The notes under the pieces were generated by a model that was not told the origin of the DNA, searched no databases, and saw nothing but the letters and a program-made list of their open reading frames with translations. A stretch of DNA of 64,000 bases, taken from positions 1,760,001-1,824,000 of the forward strand of contig OY969934.1 of NCBI GenBank assembly GCA_963704725.1, in the 5' to 3' direction. This document shows, in pieces, positions 59,030 to 64,000 of the stretch (within the stretch, counting starts at the first letter, position 1; each line of letters starts with the position of its first letter). This DNA comes from an uncultured Actinomycetes bacterium. Its GTDB lineage: Bacteria > Actinomycetota > UBA4738 > HRBIN12. The position numbers and the translations under genes are program-made.

Positions 59030-60556
59030 TCAGGAGACCCGGGCCGCGAACGCCGCCTGCGCCGAGTGCAGCAGGCCTTCGGTGCGATCCCGAAGGGCGT
59101 CGACCTCGGCCCGCAGTCCTGCGGCGACGGACTCGTCCTTGAGACCGGCGGCGTTGATCGCGACGTTCGCCAGCGCCGAGTGCGCCGCGGCGTGCAGGAC
59201 GTGCGCGGCCGAGACGCCGTCGGAGGCCGCGTTGGCGTTGCCGAGCTCGGTCACGGTCTTCGCCACCTCGATCAGCGCGGCCGCCCGTTGGGCCACCTCG
59301 AGCGGGACCCGCGCCGCGCCCTCGTACGCCCGCTGGATCGCGGCGCTGCGCTCGGCCCGCTGCCGGTCGTCGTCCTTCGGCAGCCGGAACGCCGCCATCA
59401 CGTCGTCGAACGCTGCGGCGTCGCGGTCGGCCAGCTCGAGGAAGGCGGGGCGGGCCGCCTCGGCCTCCTCCAGGTACGCGCGCATGCGGGGCTCGACGTC
59501 CTCGTACGCCTCCTTGCCGATCGTGAGCCGGCACACCATCGAGATCAGGGCCGCGCCGGCCGCGCCGCTCACCGCCGCCACGGAGCCGCCGCCCGGGGTC
59601 GGCGAGTCCGAGGCCAGGCCGTCGAGGAATCCCTCGATCGTCCGCGAGCCCACACCCTCCTCGTTCACGAGGGCCTCCAGGATCTGCGTGCGTGCATCGA
59701 ATCCCTCCAGTCGTAAGTGGTCGGGGTCGCCGGGGGCGAGCGCGGCCCGCGGGACGAGGCCGACGATCTCCGAGGAGACGATCCGACGGCCCCGCTCCCC
59801 GGCCAGCCTCGCCACCTCGTCGAACGCGGTGCGCGCGGACGTCACGTCGACGTCCACGAGGTTCATCGAGACCGTGACGCCGCCGCGCTCGGGGACCTCG
59901 AAGCCGATCGCGCGGACCGCCGGCAGCCCGCCGCTCGACTCGCGGACCGCGCGCGCGATGTCCTTCGCCTCCTCGACGGAGCCCTCGAGGTAGACGTTGA
60001 ACGCCACGAGGGGCTTGCGCGCGCCCACGGCGGTCGCGCCGGCCTGGCCGATGCGAGCGGGCCCGAAGTCGGGGAGCCGCTCGCCGCGCTCGACCGCCTC
60101 GCGAAGGCCCTCGAGCTCACCGCGTCGGACCTCGGCCAGGCTGGCGCGCTCGGGCGTGAGGGCGGCGCGGTCGTACAGGTACACGGGCAGGTCGAGCGTC
60201 TCGGCCAGCTCGGCTCCGAACGCCCGGGCCAGCTCGACCACCTCGTCCATCGAGATCCCGCGTAGCGGCACGAACGGGATGACGTCCGCGGCCCCCATCC
60301 GGGGGTGGCCGCCCGAGTGGCAGTCCATGTCGATCAGCTCGACCGCCTTCGCCGCGCCGGCGAGGGCGCTGGCGCGGACGGCGTCCGGCGAGCCGACCAC
60401 CGTGGTGTCGAGGCGGTGGTGCTCGGCGTCGGCCTGCCGGTAGACCAGGCGCGCGCCCCGGACGCTCGCCAGCGCGTCGCAGATCGCGTCGATCACCTCG
60501 GCGCGGCGGCCCTCGCTGAAGTTCGGCACGCAGACGACGAGCGCGTCGGGGTCCAT
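59030..60556 (-). CDS. Bifunctional glutamate formiminotransferase / formimino-THF cyclodeaminase
   Basis: CVPNFSEGR, HPRMGAADVIPFVP, GARKPLVAFNV, SMNL; C-terminal LASDSPTPGGGS...SD...NVAIN. Confidence 0.9.
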   Translation of the reverse strand: MDPDALVVCVPNFSEGRRAEVIDAICDALASVRGARLVYRQADAEHHRLDTTVVGSPDAVRASALAGAAKAVELIDMDCHSGGHPRMGAADVIPFVPLRGISMDEVVELARAFGAELAETLDLPVYLYDRAALTPERASLAEVRRGELEGLREAVERGERLPDFGPARIGQAGATAVGARKPLVAFNVYLEGSVEEAKDIARAVRESSGGLPAVRAIGFEVPERGGVTVSMNLVDVDVTSARTAFDEVARLAGERGRRIVSSEIVGLVPRAALAPGDPDHLRLEGFDARTQILEALVNEEGVGSRTIEGFLDGLASDSPTPGGGSVAAVSGAAGAALISMVCRLTIGKEAYEDVEPRMRAYLEEAEAARPAFLELADRDAAAFDDVMAAFRLPKDDDRQRAERSAAIQRAYEGAARVPLEVAQRAAALIEVAKTVTELGNANAASDGVSAAHVLHAAAHSALANVAINAAGLKDESVAAGLRAEVDALRDRTEGLLHSAQAAFAARVS

Positions 60557-60603
60557 CGCCGCGACAGCCTATCGGCCGGGCGCGACGGATAGGATGCCGG
60601 CCG

Positions 60604-61305
60604 ATGGTCTCGGAACCGCGCGTCGTCCCGCTCCACGTCGCCGACGTGCACCTGCCGGAGGGGGAGCGGTGGCCGGCGGGCAAGCCGTTCCCGATCCTGG
60701 CCCACGCCGTCACCCATCGCGACGGCGTCTTCCTGTTCGACACCGGGATGGGCGGCGGCAATGCGGAGGTCGAGGAGCTCTTCTCGCCCGAGCGGTACCC
60801 ACTGGAGGAGGCGCTCGCGGCGCACGGCATCGAGCTGGGGGACGTGACGGCCGCGGCCAACTGCCACCTGCACATCGACCACGGCGGTCAGAACGGGCTC
60901 CTGCCCGGCCGGCCGATCTTCGTGCAGCGGGCCGAGTGGGCCATGGTGCACGAGCCCGACTACACGGTCCCGGAGTGGGTGGACGTGCCCGGCCTCGCGT
61001 ATGAGGTCCTCGACGGCGAGACCGAGGTCGCGCCCGGGATCCGGGTGGTGCCGACGCCGGGGCACACGCCCGGCCATCAGTCGCTCGTGATCGAAGCCTC
61101 CTCCGGCAGGGTCGTGATCGCGGGCCAGGCGGTGCTGACGGTCGCCGAGTGGGAGGGCTCGACCGCGGCGACCGAGTCGGGCCTGCCGGCCGAGGGCGAG
61201 GACGGGCGCGAGGACTATCTGGCCTCGGTGGGGCGCCTGCGCGGCCTCGACCCGATCCGCGTGCACTTCGTCCACGACCCCACCGTCTGGGAGGCCCACA
61301 CGTGA
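60604..61305 (+). CDS. MBL-fold hydrolase, N-acyl homoserine lactonase-like
   Basis: FDTG, HLHIDHGG, TPGHTPGHQS, HD. Confidence 0.8.
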   Translation: MVSEPRVVPLHVADVHLPEGERWPAGKPFPILAHAVTHRDGVFLFDTGMGGGNAEVEELFSPERYPLEEALAAHGIELGDVTAAANCHLHIDHGGQNGLLPGRPIFVQRAEWAMVHEPDYTVPEWVDVPGLAYEVLDGETEVAPGIRVVPTPGHTPGHQSLVIEASSGRVVIAGQAVLTVAEWEGSTAATESGLPAEGEDGREDYLASVGRLRGLDPIRVHFVHDPTVWEAHT

Positions 61306-62405
61306 ACGCTCTGGAGCTGGCTCGCTCGTTCGTCGAGGACACGGTCCGACCGAATCTCGAGGCGTGGGATCAACAGGCCCGGTATCCGCGCGACGCGGTG
61401 CGAGCGTCGGGCCTCACCGGACTGTTCGCGCCGGCCGAGTGGGGCGGGCTCGACCTGTCGTACCGCGAAGGCATGGACGTGTTCGAGGAGCTCGGCCGGG
61501 GAGACGCCTCGCTCGCGTTCTCGATGTCGATGCACAACGCGGTGACGGCCAACGTCACCCGTTCCGGCGACGAGGAGCTCGTGGGCGCGTGGGGCCGGCG
61601 CCTGACGAGCGGAGAGGCCCTCGGCGGCTTCTCGCTCACGGAGCCCCAGGCCGGCTCCGACGCCGCAGCGCTCACGACGCGCGCGGTGGAGACCACGGAC
61701 GGCTGGCGCGTGACCGGGCGAAAGGCGTGGGTGTCGCTCGCCGGCGAGGCCGACCTGTTCCTCGTCGTGTGCAAGACGACGGGGGAGCCCGGCCACCGGG
61801 ACATCGCGATGCTCGCCGTCGAACGGGAGTCGGACGGCGTCTCGTTCCCCACGATCTACCGCAAGGCGGCCTCGGACTTCCTTCCGATCGGTGAGATGGC
61901 CCTGCAGGACGCGCCCGCACGGATGTTCTCGCCCCCGGGGCAGGGCCTTCGTGCCGCGCTCGGCGCCATCGACGTGGCGCGGTGCGACATCGCGGCGATC
62001 GCGAACGGCCTGCACGCCGAGGCGCTCGACGTGGCGCTGCGGCACGCCCGCGATCGAGCGCTGCTCGGCGGGCGGGTGCTCGACCAGCAGGGGATCCAGT
62101 GGGCGCTCGCCGACGCCGAGACCGACCTCGTCGCCGGGCGGTTGCTGACGCGGCGGGGGGCCGAGCTCCTCGGGACGCCGGAGGGATCGGTCGCCGTCGC
62201 CCACGCCAAGCGGTTCTGCCCGGATGCGGCGCTCCGGGCGGCGCTGCTCGCGAGCGAGGTGCTCGGCGCCTACGGGTGGCTGCTCGACCATCCGCTGGCC
62301 CGGCTCGTCGCGCTGGCGAAGATGCTTCAGGTCGTCGACGGCACCACGGAGGTCCAGCGCGTCGTAATCGCGCGAGACCTGACCCGCCGCGCCGAGGGCC
62401 TCTAG
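61302..62405 (+). CDS. Acyl-CoA dehydrogenase
   Basis: FSLTEPQAGSDA, GRKAWVS, QGIQWALAD, LGAYG, DGTTEVQR. Confidence 0.9.
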   Translation: MNALELARSFVEDTVRPNLEAWDQQARYPRDAVRASGLTGLFAPAEWGGLDLSYREGMDVFEELGRGDASLAFSMSMHNAVTANVTRSGDEELVGAWGRRLTSGEALGGFSLTEPQAGSDAAALTTRAVETTDGWRVTGRKAWVSLAGEADLFLVVCKTTGEPGHRDIAMLAVERESDGVSFPTIYRKAASDFLPIGEMALQDAPARMFSPPGQGLRAALGAIDVARCDIAAIANGLHAEALDVALRHARDRALLGGRVLDQQGIQWALADAETDLVAGRLLTRRGAELLGTPEGSVAVAHAKRFCPDAALRAALLASEVLGAYGWLLDHPLARLVALAKMLQVVDGTTEVQRVVIARDLTRRAEGL

Positions 62406-62416
62406 CGAACCTCGGC

Positions 62417-62446
62417 TTGACCCCTGTCGGAGCCCGGGTGTACGGT
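62417..62446 (+). promoter_or_regulatory. Promoter with PafBC-type (RecA-NDp) motif
   Basis: TTGACC -35; TGTCGG (62425-30)-N10-TACGGT. Confidence 0.7.
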
Positions 62447-62458
62447 TCGATCTCTCCC

Positions 62459-62474
62459 TCGAACATACGTTCGA
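62459..62474. promoter_or_regulatory. LexA (SOS) box
   Basis: TCGAACATACGTTCGA, a perfect actinobacterial consensus. Confidence 0.92.
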
Positions 62475-62514
62475 TTCCTTCGCGGGAGGTGGTGACCGGG
62501 GGTCGAGGCGGCGC

Positions 62515-62766
62515 ATGTCCAAGCGCTACGACGAGGAGGTCGAGGTCCGGGTCGAGCAGGACGCCGGCATGCCCGCGGCGTTCGTCTGGCGGGGGCGGCG
62601 CTACGAGGTCGCCGACGTGATCGGGCGGTGGCGGATCGAAGGACGGTGGTGGGCCGACGGCCGCGACCGCGAGTACTGGCGCGTCGAGGCTCGCGGCGGT
62701 GCGGTGTGGGACCTGTACCACGACCGGCTGGCCAGCCGGTGGCACCTGGAGCGGTTGTGGGACTGA
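62515..62766 (+). CDS. DUF6504-like protein
   Basis: YDEEVEV...PAAFVWRGRRY.V..V..RW....WW...EYWRVEA...W.LERLWD. Confidence 0.8.
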   Translation: MSKRYDEEVEVRVEQDAGMPAAFVWRGRRYEVADVIGRWRIEGRWWADGRDREYWRVEARGGAVWDLYHDRLASRWHLERLWD

Positions 62767-64000
62767 GTGGACGTGGATCACGCGTTCGTCCACCTCGACG
62801 TCCGGTCCTACTTCTCCATTAAGGAGGGGGCGTTCTCGCCCGAAGCGCTGGCGCGCCGGGCGGCCGAACTCGAGATGCCGGCCGTGGCGCTCACCGATCG
62901 CGACGGCCTGTACGGCGCCGCGCGGTTCGTCGACGCGTGCGGGCGCGAGGGCGTCCGCCCCATCCTCGGGTCCTCGCTCACCGTGCGCGAAGGCGGGACG
63001 CTGCCGCTGCCGCGGATCGGCCGGAAGCCGGCCGACGCGAGCGTGCTCGTCCTCGCCCGGGACGCGACGGGCTACGCCAACCTGTGCCGGCTCGTCACCG
63101 ACGCGCACGTGGCCGGCGAGCGCGGTGACCCCTCGCTCACCCCCGAGCAGGTCTGCGCGCACGCCGGCGGCCTCGTCGCGCTCCTCGGGCCGGCCTCGCC
63201 GCCCGGCGAGCTCGCGCACGCCGGGCGGATCGACGCCGCCCGCCGCGCGCTCGACCCGTACCGGGAGGCGTTCGGCGACCGACTGTTCGTGGCGGTCCAG
63301 CACCGCCTCGAGGAGGGCTCGCCGCGTGAGATCCGGGCCCTGCTCCGGCTGGCCGAGCGCGCCGAGGTCCGCCCCGTGGCGACGAACCCGGTCCGCTACC
63401 TCGTGCCCGAGGACGCCTTCCTCGCCGACGCGCTCGAGTGCATGCGCGAGCTCGTGCCCGTCAACCGCACCAACGTCTCGCGCCGCAACGCCGAGGGTTG
63501 GCTGAAGCCGGCCGCCGAGATGCGCGCGCTGTTCGCCGAGCGCCCCGACCTGGTCACCACCACGCTCGAGATCGCCGAGTCGTGCCGCTTCGATCTCGGC
63601 CTTCGCACGGTGCGGTTCCCCGACTTCCCAACGCCGGCCGGCCGCTCGGCCTCGAGCGTGCTCGCCGAGCGCTGCTGGCGCGGCCTGAAGCGCCGGGGGA
63701 TGCGAGCCACTTCCGGTGTGAAGGACCGGCTGAACCACGAGCTGGCGATGATCCACCGGCTTGGGTACTCGGCGTACTTCCTCACGGTCGCCGACATCGT
63801 GGCCGACGTCCGGGCCATGGGGATCCGGTGCGCGTGCCGGGGGAGCGCCACCGGCTCGCTCGTGTGCTACCTGAGCGGGATCTCCGACGTCGACGCGGTC
63901 CGCCACGACCTGACGTTCGAGCGGTTCCTGAACCCGATGCGTGACGAGCTCCCGGACATCGACGTCGACGTCGAGTCGGCCCGGCGGGAGGACGTCTACG
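62767..64000 (+). CDS. dnaE2: Error-prone DNA polymerase III alpha-like (truncated by window edge)
   Basis: FVHLDVRSYFS..EG, ALTDRDGLYG, GYANLCRLVT, ATN.VRY, YFLTV.DIV, RGSATGSLVCY, FERFLN...PDIDVD; SOS box upstream. Confidence 0.88.
   Translation, partial: MDVDHAFVHLDVRSYFSIKEGAFSPEALARRAAELEMPAVALTDRDGLYGAARFVDACGREGVRPILGSSLTVREGGTLPLPRIGRKPADASVLVLARDATGYANLCRLVTDAHVAGERGDPSLTPEQVCAHAGGLVALLGPASPPGELAHAGRIDAARRALDPYREAFGDRLFVAVQHRLEEGSPREIRALLRLAERAEVRPVATNPVRYLVPEDAFLADALECMRELVPVNRTNVSRRNAEGWLKPAAEMRALFAERPDLVTTTLEIAESCRFDLGLRTVRFPDFPTPAGRSASSVLAERCWRGLKRRGMRATSGVKDRLNHELAMIHRLGYSAYFLTVADIVADVRAMGIRCACRGSATGSLVCYLSGISDVDAVRHDLTFERFLNPMRDELPDIDVDVESARREDVY

Overview
A very GC-rich, gene-dense chromosomal segment. 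It is most likely from an actinomycete: it has WhiB, a PASTA Ser/Thr kinase, an Rv2191-like DEDD/UvrC nuclease, the SRPBCC-ArsA-glucokinase block, TCGAAC-N4-GTTCGA LexA boxes and many leaderless TANNNT promoters. The taxonomy is an inference. About 65 CDS can be supported, from a truncated metH at the left edge to a truncated dnaE2 at the right edge. I found no tRNA/rRNA genes, CRISPR arrays, transposases or prophage. Highlights: (1) a selenocysteine formate dehydrogenase with an in-frame TGA and SECIS hairpin, whose N-terminal Fe-S module sits on a downstream gene, set divergently from fhs in a folate/C1-rich neighbourhood where a 16-bp palindrome precedes both fhs and a GcvT-like gene; (2) an ArcE-like (arginine synthetase family) gene coupled to carbamate kinase; (3) a TPP riboswitch controlling thiE plus an uncharacterised PurM/HypE-fold enzyme; (4) a tandem USP-USP-Rieske fusion; (5) an archaeo-eukaryotic-type release factor homologue inserted in the ArsA-glucokinase operon; (6) sqdB paired with a membrane-domain/GT2 fusion instead of sqdX; (7) a DUF6504-dnaE2 cassette with both LexA and PafBC-type promoter motifs; (8) three genes apparently needing near-cognate starts (ACG, CTG, ATC), several unannotated small ORFs and a dispersed 44-bp hairpin repeat. 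All assignments come from motif recognition by eye; no database searches were run.
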